A stretch of 64,000 nucleotides of DNA from a virus (Duplodnaviria; Caudoviricetes). The stretch covers positions 224,001-288,000 of the IMG/VR virus record IMGVR_UViG_3300037067_018912; one strand, given 5' to 3'. The first letter of the stretch is position 1, and each line of letters opens with the position of its first letter. A program made the position numbers and the translations under genes. Below are positions 1-10,022 of the stretch, piece after piece. The notes under the pieces are model-generated. The model saw nothing but the letters and a program-made list of their open reading frames with translations, was not told the DNA's origin and did no database searches.

Positions 1-1423
1 GCGTGCCGATTTTTTCGATACCCATGTTGTATTTGTCCTGTTCGGGAGCGGCATTGCTGACGTGGAAATATTCCAAGTCATCGAATACTGCACTTACTTC
101 AGGGGATACAACTACCCAAGATGCGCCACCACGGAGGGTTGCTTTATGAATTTGTGCTGAAATCTGGTTGATCTTGGTGATCAGGGTCTGATTCCAGTCC
201 TTTTGCGTACCGTAGTACGTGTTGCTCTGCCTGCGGAGTCCGTTGTAGTCCCAACGAGCCGTCCAAGCAGCACCACGCCTCAAGTCACGGAGGATTTCAC
301 GGTCGATTTCAGCAGCCATCTGTTCTGACAGCAAAGCGGTCAGTTCGGCTTCTGCATCGATGTTATGGAATGCACTGACGTCCTGTGCAAGTTCGGGAGT
401 CCACATAGCACGCATTTTACGTGTTTCAACAGACACAGTCACCTGGTCGAGAACGAAAGTAACTTCAGCCATACGGCTGTCTTCTTCAAGGTCGCTGTAA
501 ACCCTGTAGGTCACAACAAAGGTCGGAGTGGTTGATGCGCTCAATGCTTGATAACCGTTTGTTCCGGCGTATTGAACGTCAGCGATCAAAACGATTTGTC
601 CGGCAGCATTAACGATAGCCTGTCCGTATTTTTGAACCTTTATGTTGAAAGGAATAGCGTCACCAGCAACGATGTTCTGTTCGGTGAAACCAGCGGGAGC
701 AACAAGGTCAACACTGGCAACAACTTTCAAACCTGCGAGGAAAGTTTCAGTGTCCATAGGAACACCTGCAGGACCGATAAGTTTGCCCTGTGAATCGGTA
801 GCGAAGCCACCAACAGTCAGGGTAATGAACTTGTCAGTTCCAATTACAAACGTTGCAGCAGTTGTCGAACCAGTCACAACAGTGATTTGGCCTCTTGAAC
901 GGTCGAACAGTGATTCACCTTCTTCATTGTATTTGGTTGCGTAAAACGCATCGTACAACGAACGGGTTTCAAACTGTGTTGGAGTTGCGTTAGTCGCAGC
1001 ATTTTCATACGCACCGTTAGGCGATGTATGCATACCCCATGAGCCGTCGGTTGCAGTTTCAGGAGCGGTCGAAACCTGGTCTACCCTGTAACTTGCCTTC
1101 GGATTGATGTAATATAACTTACCGATGGGTAAGTTCAGTGCCTGCACAGACACGATGTCATTCGCCAGTAATTTAGCGAAGACCCTGCGGATTACAGGAA
1201 ATGCAACGGTTTCAAATTGTCCACTTGCCGCCGAATCGGTTGATTCGTTGATCATATAGGACAACTGATTTTCGAAAAGTTGTGCACAGTTCTCTTTCAC
1301 GTTGCCTTCCAAACCTTCCAACAGGCCGATTTTCTGCCATCTGTTGGTAGTGATTTCCCTTTGTTCACGGAGTTGTTTTAATCCAATATTGCCAACTTCC
1401 GCACTTTCTGTTAAAAATCCCAT
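1..1423 (-). CDS. Major capsid protein (T4 gp23-like), 3' end runs off the window
   Basis: Manual translation from ATG at 1423: MGFLTESAEVGNIGLKQLREQREITTNRWQKIGLLEGL...AQLFENQ...AFPVIRRVFAKLLANDIVSVQALNLPIG; later TRKMRAMWTPELAQDVSAFHNIDAEAELTALLSEQMAAEIDREIL, typical of gp23. Confidence 0.95.
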   Translation of the reverse strand, partial: MGFLTESAEVGNIGLKQLREQREITTNRWQKIGLLEGLEGNVKENCAQLFENQLSYMINESTDSAASGQFETVAFPVIRRVFAKLLANDIVSVQALNLPIGKLYYINPKASYRVDQVSTAPETATDGSWGMHTSPNGAYENAATNATPTQFETRSLYDAFYATKYNEEGESLFDRSRGQITVVTGSTTAATFVIGTDKFITLTVGGFATDSQGKLIGPAGVPMDTETFLAGLKVVASVDLVAPAGFTEQNIVAGDAIPFNIKVQKYGQAIVNAAGQIVLIADVQYAGTNGYQALSASTTPTFVVTYRVYSDLEEDSRMAEVTFVLDQVTVSVETRKMRAMWTPELAQDVSAFHNIDAEAELTALLSEQMAAEIDREILRDLRRGAAWTARWDYNGLRRQSNTYYGTQKDWNQTLITKINQISAQIHKATLRGGASWVVVSPEVSAVFDDLEYFHVSNAAPEQDKYNMGIEKIGT

Positions 1424-1442
1424 TGTATGAGTGTTTTAAGAT

Positions 1443-3089
1443 TTACAAATTATTTTTTTTGTCCCCACGTTCCACGTATTCCATGAGCCTCTTGATTCTC
1501 TTGATGTGCTCATCGTTTTCGTAAACGGTTTTCTCCACCACTTCGTCGAGTTTCTGTTTGGAGGACGGTTGGATTGAAGTCGCAGCCTTCCTTTCGACAG
1601 TCTCAGTGATCGTCTTTTTGCCTTTCTTCATTTCTGTCAGAACGGCCTTGTACTTGTTCTGCGATTCGACGATGGTGCTGATTTTCTTGAACTCGTTGAT
1701 TATCTTGACTTTATCGTCCTGAGTCAATGCCAATTCTTCATTCACCAAAAGGTTGTTCACGTGAGCAAGATTGGTGTTGAATATTGCCATCTCTTTCAAT
1801 TGGTTACGATACTTGCCAAGTGCAGTTTTGTACCCTTCAACCAGTGTTGCCACCGATTCCTTGTACTTCCTGATCTCGTTCAATTTTTTTGTGAGTTTTT
1901 TATTCTCCTCGATCAATCCGTTGAGTTTCTTACTTTCTTCGACGCCATAGGGTCTCCTTCTGCTTAACTGCTGCGGACTGACATAATCGTTTCCTGGGAT
2001 CGTGGCTAATTTGCCCTTATTTGCCGAATGCGATATGCCCAATTGTTCATCAACTGGTTTCTCTGCACCCAACACTGCCCTGACATCGTCATCAGTAATG
2101 CCTTCATCACCAACTTCATCAATCATGGACTGCGTAGGACCACCATTTTCCCTGCCGGGAATACTTTGCTTGCCACCTTGGTTCTTCTGTTCGCTGAAAT
2201 TCGTGACATCATCACGGGTATTCATGCCTTCAGGAGGTGTTCCGTCGGGTTCGCCAGCCTTTCCCATATTTTGTATTAATTCATCAATTCTGTTTCTTGT
2301 GTCGAGAAGTGCCTTTTTAAAAGGATCGCCTTCCTGACCTGTGGGTTCGCCTTGTGTGTCAGTGCCCGGAATTTTCGGACCTGGTAAGCCACCCATATCA
2401 CTGAGTTCTTCACCCAGGTTTTCCATTGAAGCAATTTCTCCTTCGATTTGTTCCATTGTGAGGATTTCATCATCCTCATCTGCATTTTCCAATGCAGTTC
2501 CGACACTACCCGTGTCGAGTCCAGTTATGTCAAATTCTTCTTTCAAGTTCGAGATTGGTTTGCCGGATTCCGGTTTCACCTTTTCAGTAAACACTTTGCC
2601 TTTTTCAGGATCACCCGATTTTCCCAAATTTGGGGTATCGGATTCGACGTCACCAACGAAGTCTTTTTCACGTTCCTCTTCAATTTTCTGCGCTTTCTTT
2701 GCTTTTTCTTTGAAGGGATCGCCATCACCAACGGTATCGGTAATTTTTACGTCTTCTTCCACCTGTGCAACCGCTTTCGGCTTTTTATCGAAAGGTTTGC
2801 CAACCATGTTTTCTTTTACGGCTTGTTTAGCCTCTTTTCCTTGAGTTTTCATAACTGTCTCTTTGTTTTGTTCAGTGTTATCCTTATCGGATTCTTTTGC
2901 CTCGTCCAATTTCCTGTAGGACTCTTTCGCTGATTTGTTTTTATTTTGTAATTCTTCTTTCAGAAGGTTATTGAAATTGTCGGGGAATTCCTCCGCCAAC
3001 TTGTTTTTAGCATTAGCCTTTGCAGCCTCCATGATTTCGTTATAATCAGTCAAGGCTTCCTTCAGTATCGATTTTTTGTCGTTTGCCAT
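1443..3089 (-). CDS. Prohead core/scaffold protein (gp22-like position)
   Basis: 548-aa acidic, coiled-coil-like ORF between the protease and major capsid genes. Confidence 0.7.
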   Translation of the reverse strand: MANDKKSILKEALTDYNEIMEAAKANAKNKLAEEFPDNFNNLLKEELQNKNKSAKESYRKLDEAKESDKDNTEQNKETVMKTQGKEAKQAVKENMVGKPFDKKPKAVAQVEEDVKITDTVGDGDPFKEKAKKAQKIEEEREKDFVGDVESDTPNLGKSGDPEKGKVFTEKVKPESGKPISNLKEEFDITGLDTGSVGTALENADEDDEILTMEQIEGEIASMENLGEELSDMGGLPGPKIPGTDTQGEPTGQEGDPFKKALLDTRNRIDELIQNMGKAGEPDGTPPEGMNTRDDVTNFSEQKNQGGKQSIPGRENGGPTQSMIDEVGDEGITDDDVRAVLGAEKPVDEQLGISHSANKGKLATIPGNDYVSPQQLSRRRPYGVEESKKLNGLIEENKKLTKKLNEIRKYKESVATLVEGYKTALGKYRNQLKEMAIFNTNLAHVNNLLVNEELALTQDDKVKIINEFKKISTIVESQNKYKAVLTEMKKGKKTITETVERKAATSIQPSSKQKLDEVVEKTVYENDEHIKRIKRLMEYVERGDKKNNL

Positions 3090-3211
3090 ATCCTTAAATC
3101 TCGTATCTAATGCGATAATTTTTATATAAATACATAGTCATTATGAAAAAGTATTATTTTACTTAAAATTCTTGTTCATAAGGATCATCTAATGTACATT
3201 TACTACACGTT

Positions 3212-3913
3212 TTATAAGAGAAATCTGTCAATAGCGTTCACGATCTTCTTCTCGTCTTCATTGAGATACAGACCGTTCTTCTTCACATAATTCTCGCCAA
3301 ATCCAACGCTGTTTTGTTTTTCAGGGAAAAGATATGCGCCTGGTGTACTTGGTGTTGCCACAAGGTCGAAACCGATCAATTCAAAATCGCCTTGAACAAG
3401 GTTTTCACCGTTGATCTCTTTCAACGTTCCAACACCACGGGATGAAATCCCCAATTTGATCTTGTTTTGTAGATAGAGGACAATTTTGTCGCCAATAACC
3501 GAGCAGACACCAAATTTGATATATCCCGGCGATACGATTATCTTCAATTGGCCATATAGGACGTTCTCCTGCTCACCCTTTCCCCACCACATCTTTGTGA
3601 TCATATGAGAAAGATTTGCAAGGGAAATTATTGATGAATCAGGATGGTCAGCCTCTGACACAGCACTGTTATTTTCAATCTGCTCACGGTATGCCTCGAC
3701 TTGGGGAATGAGGACATCCCTTGGATAAATCCTGCCGTTCTTGTTTTTAACTCCCCATTTTTGCAGTATGCAGTTGATTAAAACGGGTTCGTTCGGTTTC
3801 AATTCGAAATTTTCGTTGAGTATGTCCTTGGTAATATTATCATTGACATATCCGGCATCATGCTCGATCAATATTCCGAACCCGGTATCACCCGGTTGTA
3901 GTATCTTACTCAT
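3212..3913 (-). CDS. Prohead protease (T4 gp21-like)
   Basis: Motifs KNKNGRIYP, EADHP, LGISSRGVG, FDLVATPSTPGAY. Confidence 0.93.
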   Translation of the reverse strand: MSKILQPGDTGFGILIEHDAGYVNDNITKDILNENFELKPNEPVLINCILQKWGVKNKNGRIYPRDVLIPQVEAYREQIENNSAVSEADHPDSSIISLANLSHMITKMWWGKGEQENVLYGQLKIIVSPGYIKFGVCSVIGDKIVLYLQNKIKLGISSRGVGTLKEINGENLVQGDFELIGFDLVATPSTPGAYLFPEKQNSVGFGENYVKKNGLYLNEDEKKIVNAIDRFLL

Positions 3914-4030
3914 AATAAACCATCTTTTATATAAATAGTTGGGATAATCGTTTTTCGTTTATTATAAATAGTCTGAAACTCTCATTTTTCATTTTTCACA
4001 CCAGGGTATTTATAGGTATAATTCAAATCA

Positions 4031-7000
4031 ATGGCGAGTAACGTAATAATGATCGACCCCAACAGTGCGAACATTAACAACAATATGGTTAATGCGATTC
4101 CACAATACCAAGACATGTTTATATATGCTGAATTGCTTGCAACAAGCAGAGGCAGAACGGTTATTGTGAATGGGACTGAGGAGAAGACAGGACTTGAAGA
4201 GACAATAAAAGTTAATTTCATGGGTGTCGATCAAAACAAAGGTGTTATAGACCCGACGACAAATGAATTCATGGGTAATCCTAACTATTTGAATTTCACC
4301 ACGAATTACTATGACGGCAGCACAGGTGAAAATCAGAACTTTGAAAGTTTTGGAATAAGTAGCATCAAGATAACCATCAATTCATCTTTCGTACCGCAAG
4401 TCAATATACAATTTGTCGACATCAGAGGTTTGTCTTTCTTCAATCAGGAGAAATCGCCATACAGGATATTATTTAACTTTCCTCCTCCTATATTTGATTT
4501 AACCGTTAAGGGTTATTATGGCAAGGCATTGAGATACAAACTACACTTAGTAAAATACACTTCTGAATTTCAGGCTAATTCTGGAAATTTCGTGATCGAT
4601 GCGAATTTTATTGCGATAACATACGCACCGTTGACGGACATACCTTTCAGATATGCAATCAATGTGCCGCTGATCGACAACAACGAATCCTTGAGTTCAC
4701 TCAAAACCAACCCGCCGGGAAACACGTTCGAACTCATATTGAAATTACAGGATTTATACACCACTACGCAGGATCAGGTTAATAACAGCAACGAGGTAAA
4801 GGAATACGAACTCAACAAGGTGAAGATTGAAAAAATCGAAGATGCTATTGTTGCATTGAGGGATTATAAGGATGTGTTCACGGAATTCAAAAATCTTGTC
4901 ATGCAAAAGGTAACTCCGGACGAAACCACAAAGAAACCATTTTTCACCAATACAAATCTGACAGAATACAATGAAATAATAAGAAGCCTCCATGCGGACG
5001 GGTATCCATCCGAAATGGAAACAAAGTTGGTGCTTCTCATCTACCCATCGAATAATCCCGATAACTTAGAAATTGCCAAAACCACGTTCGGCAAAATAAA
5101 ATCACGCTTGGTTAACACTTTCACAAGCGGCGACATTGGGTTGACCGAATCAATTGGAGAGGGTGACGTTACCGATCCAGCCATCAAGAATTTGGATGAT
5201 GATAAAGTATCTATGTATATTGATGTTACCAAGTATTACCTGAAGTTAAACAAGAACCTCTCAGCACTCAAACAAAACATGGATGTGTTGTCTCAAACAA
5301 TAACTTCTGAAATTAACAACACTGTTTTTGAAAAATTGGGAATGCAGCCGACCATTTATAATGTATTCAAAATCATCTGCGATGATGTCGACACGTTTTT
5401 TAATAAAATGTATAGTGTGGCGAAGGATGCGGAAGATCATCACAACAGTGCCGACGTTAAAAAGATGATTGTGAACCACGGGAATTACAGCGACGTAGGA
5501 AAGGGAAAAACGGACAGTCACTTGTTTTCATTTCCCCTTGTGATCAATAGGATAGAGAGTTGCGGAGCGAAACGGGAGGAAAGGGTTGCACCCATCGAGA
5601 TAAGTAAGAAATGCACAAAACCATTTCCGGAGATAACATTCGTGGAGGGTTTTGTTAAAAGTTTCTTCACCCAGGCTCAACTTGAATATCAAAACATGTT
5701 GCGAGGCGAGAAGAATGCAGACGGCAGTAATATTTGGCTTCCGATATCACCAATAGATGCTGAGATCATCAGCGATTCGGCAAGTCCATACATGTACAAG
5801 AACAACATGAACGAGATTCTTCAAGTCGTCATGCAAAGATTTTACATGATATCACAATATGTGATCCCAACTCTTTTCTATAGTAACAACGCCGACGGTA
5901 AATTATACCTCGACCTTTATGCGGAATCAGAAGCAGTCAATCTCGTATCATCGTTGGGTACGATGAAAGAGGTGAATCTTGGTGAGAATCTGAAAGGCAA
6001 GACGGTGAAGAATCTGTCAAATTCATATTTTACTAATGTTCAGAATTTCTATAACGACTTAGCAAACCTTCCGGAATATAATTTTTCAGAGCAATTTATC
6101 CCGGTCGATACGAGACATTCCGCATACACCGACAAATACAATCCCAATTTTGAGGGTGTCATGATTCTCGATGAAGACACATCCATTGAAAAACAAGTCA
6201 TAAAAGAAGACAGTGTTGGTCCGGTGGGAAAGTTCTTGAAAGAAGCCAAAGACAGGCAATATAAAAAAGATTCAACAAAATATTATGATTTTACCCAAGA
6301 CAATCTTGAATATCTTATTGACCGTAAAACAAGCAGAAGAAGGGGTGATTTAACTGGAATTGAAGAAGAAACCACGGGAACGGATGTGGATACCAGATTT
6401 TTACAACAGAACTTTAGTGATATTTATTTTAGGAATGCGGAAACCGACCTATCAAAAATTACGAGCAACACAGACCTTTCAAAATATCTGTGGGTTGGAG
6501 ATTATCCGGTTGCTACCGAAGTAAGGGTAAACGCACTTAAATGGTTTACAGATATTGTCGAATTATGGAAATATTATATCAGGAACTATGGTAAATCTAT
6601 TGAAGATACGCTTTTTAGTTTACAAAATGATGCGGAGAAAATAATAACTGCTGTGGTTTTATTGTCCAATTTTGGCAATGCGATGAGTCCATTTAATATA
6701 CATCAAAAAAATCTCAACGGATTTGTGTTCTCGAAACCGGGAATTATTGAAATACCTAATTTCATGGCATTGTATATGGGAGCGGTAATTTATGCTAAAA
6801 TAAATGAATTCGATACAGATATTCTCAATTATTTTCAAACCGGAGAAGGAAAAATCATTTCGAACAGAGGTGCACTAATAATTGCAGATATGGCAGATTG
6901 TGACAAGTACCTTTCAGAAAATGATAAAACTGAATTCAGACAGTATTTCGAAATGTTCTACAACGAATTTGATGGTTATGTGGCAAAAGTCAATGAAATG

Positions 7001-9118
7001 TATTCCATATATGTCAAAGATAAAAAAGAAAAAACGTTAAATAAACTCTTAGATAAATCGGAAAGGGGTAATGAAGGAAATTATTTTATTGATATCATTG
7101 AACCATTAATCAAAAGAATCAATCTTGCTGTCCACAGTCAACTCACTTTCAAGATGAGTACGGAATACCTTCCGCATTATTCGTCAATTAAAGCATTGAA
7201 CGAATCCACGATGAAAACAGCAAACGACAGTTTTTTCAGACAGTTCTTCAAAAAAGTGTATAATGAAATAGGTGATGTCGAAGAAAAAACGAAAAAGGAG
7301 GAGGCCGAAAACGAAAAGAAAAGGGGTGATAAGGATATTGTAACCCAAACATATTATTCATTCAAGAACATCAACGATAAATGGGTTAACATCCCAACGA
7401 AAACAACGTCAAACGGTGGCACATACGGATACCCTTTCAACCGGGAAGGAAAAAGCCTGATCGATTCATTCGTCTTCGTTGATAGAGCAATGAACCCGAT
7501 CGGCGACACTATGATCAATGCGGAGATACTCATGGAGATGTTTGACGATCCGAATATCAGTGTGTTCAGTGTCCTTTCACAACTGCTCTCGTTAAACGGA
7601 TTCGAGTTCTTTCCGCTACAGAATTTCATGATAAACCAATACACTCCCACCGGAAATGATTCAAATACAAAAAAAGATTCCGGCTATAATGAATGGGAGG
7701 AGTCTTTCAAGATTGACACGAGCGGCATTGTCAGCGACCGGGCAACTTTTGTCTGTATGTATATCGGCGGGACTTCGAGTTATCCGACACATAACGGTAA
7801 CGATTTCGAGGACGATGGCATTGAAAGCCTTGAATCGACGGATGCGGGGGATTTTCATTCCTCCGATTGTTCAGAGCCTAAAACTGATTACGACAATCAG
7901 GAAAGTAATAACAAGGATTTTCCTTACAGACAAGTCAAGGCATTTAAAGTCCGATTCGGGGAACAAAATCAGTCCATGTTCACTAACATAAAAATTGATA
8001 GTAAGGAATATCCGGAAACCAACGAATCAATTCAAATCCTGTCAAGACTTGCAGGCGATAACAAGCAACAAGCACCAATCCCGAAAGGGCAAAACCTTTA
8101 TAACCTTTATGAGAACAGGTCTTACAAGGCAACCATAGAAGGTTTGGGAAATGTTATGATACAACCGACACAATATTTCCAATTGGAGAATGTTCCAATG
8201 TTCAATGGGGCATATGTAATTCTTAGTGTTGAGCACAACATCGTCCCCAATAAAATGACAACTTCCTTTTCAGGAACAAAAATATTGAAATTTCCCGTCC
8301 CAAGGGTTTTGGAATCATCGGCTTTGATGGGTTACGATTTCGGATACTCGAACGCAACCGGACGTGGTGCTATGAGTGCGGGTGACGTTGTCGCTACGGC
8401 ACAGGCGATAACAATGTCGCAAGCAAGGTTGAACGATCTGAATTCTGTTTATGGAATCGACATCTCTCATTGGCAGGGAAACATTAATTGGAATAAATTA
8501 ATAGTGGCCGATAATCCAGAGGATTTCCCAGTACCCAAGTTTGTTGTAATAAAAGCCACTCAAGGAACGGAAGGTTTGGATGAAATGAGGATGAAACACG
8601 CCAAGGGTGCGAAAAGCGTCGGACTTAAAATCAGTTATTACCATTTTGCAAGACCATACACGGGCACGGAAGTGGAAACTGATGCGAAAAACCAAGCAGC
8701 GCATTTCTTAAAGGAAGTAAAAAAATTGGCGGATGCTGGATACAAACCATCGCTCCCGCTTGGATTGGACTTCGAGGACAATCCCGCCTATAATCAAGAA
8801 TGGGGAGCAAACAAAACTAACAACGACTTGTGGATTAACACTTTCATTAGTGAGTTGAAAAAAGCGAAATATGAGGCATTTCTTTACGGGGGTAGTGTTA
8901 TCAGGGAAAGAACAAGTGGTAATTTTTCCGTTCCATTGTGGTATTCACGTTATCTATCCAATCCTGAAATAAGCAAACCCACCGTTCCAATTAAAGGATG
9001 GAAGGATTGGACGGTATGGCAGTTCAGTGCAGGTGGTAGATTCAATGGAAACACAGGCAATTTTGATTTGAATGCAATGAAAAAGAATTTCTTCGACTCG
9101 CACCCGCTCATTACATAA
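4031..9118 (+). CDS. Large virion (tail/baseplate hub-like) protein with C-terminal GH25 muramidase
   Basis: 1695 aa; C-terminal GIDISHWQG...IKATQG...YYHFA...LDFED...WQFS GH25 motifs; preceded by hub-like GNVMIQPTQYFQLENVPMFNGAYVILSVEHNI. Confidence 0.8.
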   Translation: MASNVIMIDPNSANINNNMVNAIPQYQDMFIYAELLATSRGRTVIVNGTEEKTGLEETIKVNFMGVDQNKGVIDPTTNEFMGNPNYLNFTTNYYDGSTGENQNFESFGISSIKITINSSFVPQVNIQFVDIRGLSFFNQEKSPYRILFNFPPPIFDLTVKGYYGKALRYKLHLVKYTSEFQANSGNFVIDANFIAITYAPLTDIPFRYAINVPLIDNNESLSSLKTNPPGNTFELILKLQDLYTTTQDQVNNSNEVKEYELNKVKIEKIEDAIVALRDYKDVFTEFKNLVMQKVTPDETTKKPFFTNTNLTEYNEIIRSLHADGYPSEMETKLVLLIYPSNNPDNLEIAKTTFGKIKSRLVNTFTSGDIGLTESIGEGDVTDPAIKNLDDDKVSMYIDVTKYYLKLNKNLSALKQNMDVLSQTITSEINNTVFEKLGMQPTIYNVFKIICDDVDTFFNKMYSVAKDAEDHHNSADVKKMIVNHGNYSDVGKGKTDSHLFSFPLVINRIESCGAKREERVAPIEISKKCTKPFPEITFVEGFVKSFFTQAQLEYQNMLRGEKNADGSNIWLPISPIDAEIISDSASPYMYKNNMNEILQVVMQRFYMISQYVIPTLFYSNNADGKLYLDLYAESEAVNLVSSLGTMKEVNLGENLKGKTVKNLSNSYFTNVQNFYNDLANLPEYNFSEQFIPVDTRHSAYTDKYNPNFEGVMILDEDTSIEKQVIKEDSVGPVGKFLKEAKDRQYKKDSTKYYDFTQDNLEYLIDRKTSRRRGDLTGIEEETTGTDVDTRFLQQNFSDIYFRNAETDLSKITSNTDLSKYLWVGDYPVATEVRVNALKWFTDIVELWKYYIRNYGKSIEDTLFSLQNDAEKIITAVVLLSNFGNAMSPFNIHQKNLNGFVFSKPGIIEIPNFMALYMGAVIYAKINEFDTDILNYFQTGEGKIISNRGALIIADMADCDKYLSENDKTEFRQYFEMFYNEFDGYVAKVNEMYSIYVKDKKEKTLNKLLDKSERGNEGNYFIDIIEPLIKRINLAVHSQLTFKMSTEYLPHYSSIKALNESTMKTANDSFFRQFFKKVYNEIGDVEEKTKKEEAENEKKRGDKDIVTQTYYSFKNINDKWVNIPTKTTSNGGTYGYPFNREGKSLIDSFVFVDRAMNPIGDTMINAEILMEMFDDPNISVFSVLSQLLSLNGFEFFPLQNFMINQYTPTGNDSNTKKDSGYNEWEESFKIDTSGIVSDRATFVCMYIGGTSSYPTHNGNDFEDDGIESLESTDAGDFHSSDCSEPKTDYDNQESNNKDFPYRQVKAFKVRFGEQNQSMFTNIKIDSKEYPETNESIQILSRLAGDNKQQAPIPKGQNLYNLYENRSYKATIEGLGNVMIQPTQYFQLENVPMFNGAYVILSVEHNIVPNKMTTSFSGTKILKFPVPRVLESSALMGYDFGYSNATGRGAMSAGDVVATAQAITMSQARLNDLNSVYGIDISHWQGNINWNKLIVADNPEDFPVPKFVVIKATQGTEGLDEMRMKHAKGAKSVGLKISYYHFARPYTGTEVETDAKNQAAHFLKEVKKLADAGYKPSLPLGLDFEDNPAYNQEWGANKTNNDLWINTFISELKKAKYEAFLYGGSVIRERTSGNFSVPLWYSRYLSNPEISKPTVPIKGWKDWTVWQFSAGGRFNGNTGNFDLNAMKKNFFDSHPLIT

Positions 9119-9150
9119 AAAAACGCCCCGTCTCCGGGGCGTTTCTGTTT
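9119..9150. terminator. Bidirectional intrinsic terminator
   Basis: AAACGCCCCG-TCTC-CGGGGCGTTT between convergent genes. Confidence 0.8.
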
Positions 9151-9941
9151 TATAACAATTCCTTTTTGAATTCGTGTAAACCGATGATGTCATCATCGAT
9201 CTTTTCTTTGTTGTAAACCATTTCCTTGATTTTTTGGATCGCTTTTGAAATGTTGTCTTTAATGTTATCTTTATTTAACCCTTCCAAAATTTGAAGAGTC
9301 TCATCCCTGTAAGATTCGAATAATTCTTGTTTCTCCTTGTCGTTTGATTTGATTAGTCTTTGAAGCAGGTTTTTATCATTCTCATTCAGGGATTCATATT
9401 TTTCGTTGAACTTGTTAACTGCAATTTCGATCACCTCTTCATTTATGGGTTTTACGTCGTTATCTTCAATGAGACCCTTTTTAGGTTGTTTAATGTGGTT
9501 TAAAACGATGTTGAATGATTCGTGAATTGCATCAACATCAATCTTGTCGTAATCATTCAACGATTCCCGGATCAGACAATCAATAGCATTGTATAAATTG
9601 ATCTTGGAAGCGGTGTTAACATCGCCATCGGGAATTACACCTTCGCCAATGAATCCATCCAATTTCTCACGCTCTTTCTCCACTTCATCCAAAGTATATA
9701 CTTCGAACAATTTTATGTTGTTATCAATATACCGTGTAGCGGCAATATCGTTTTCGATATGTTTGGCCTCAAGATTATTGAAAACCTTAAACTCCAACTG
9801 TAGAATCGGAGATTTCTTCACGACACCAAAAAACTCTGTCGTAAATCTTTTCGATTCTTCAATTAAAGTTTTACTAAAATAGGCGTCCTTTAACTGATTC
9901 GAAACTATCAAATTAACAACTCCAATGTTGGCGTGTTTCAT
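9150..9941 (-). CDS. Hypothetical protein in head module
   Basis: 263-aa ORF directly downstream of portal, GTATTTAT motif upstream. Confidence 0.8.
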   Translation of the reverse strand: MKHANIGVVNLIVSNQLKDAYFSKTLIEESKRFTTEFFGVVKKSPILQLEFKVFNNLEAKHIENDIAATRYIDNNIKLFEVYTLDEVEKEREKLDGFIGEGVIPDGDVNTASKINLYNAIDCLIRESLNDYDKIDVDAIHESFNIVLNHIKQPKKGLIEDNDVKPINEEVIEIAVNKFNEKYESLNENDKNLLQRLIKSNDKEKQELFESYRDETLQILEGLNKDNIKDNISKAIQKIKEMVYNKEKIDDDIIGLHEFKKELL

Positions 9942-10022
9942 ATGGTTTAATTCGATTTATTATAAATACTGTAATTAACTATAAATGTTCTACTGACGCA
10001 ACATATTAATTACGTGTATGAA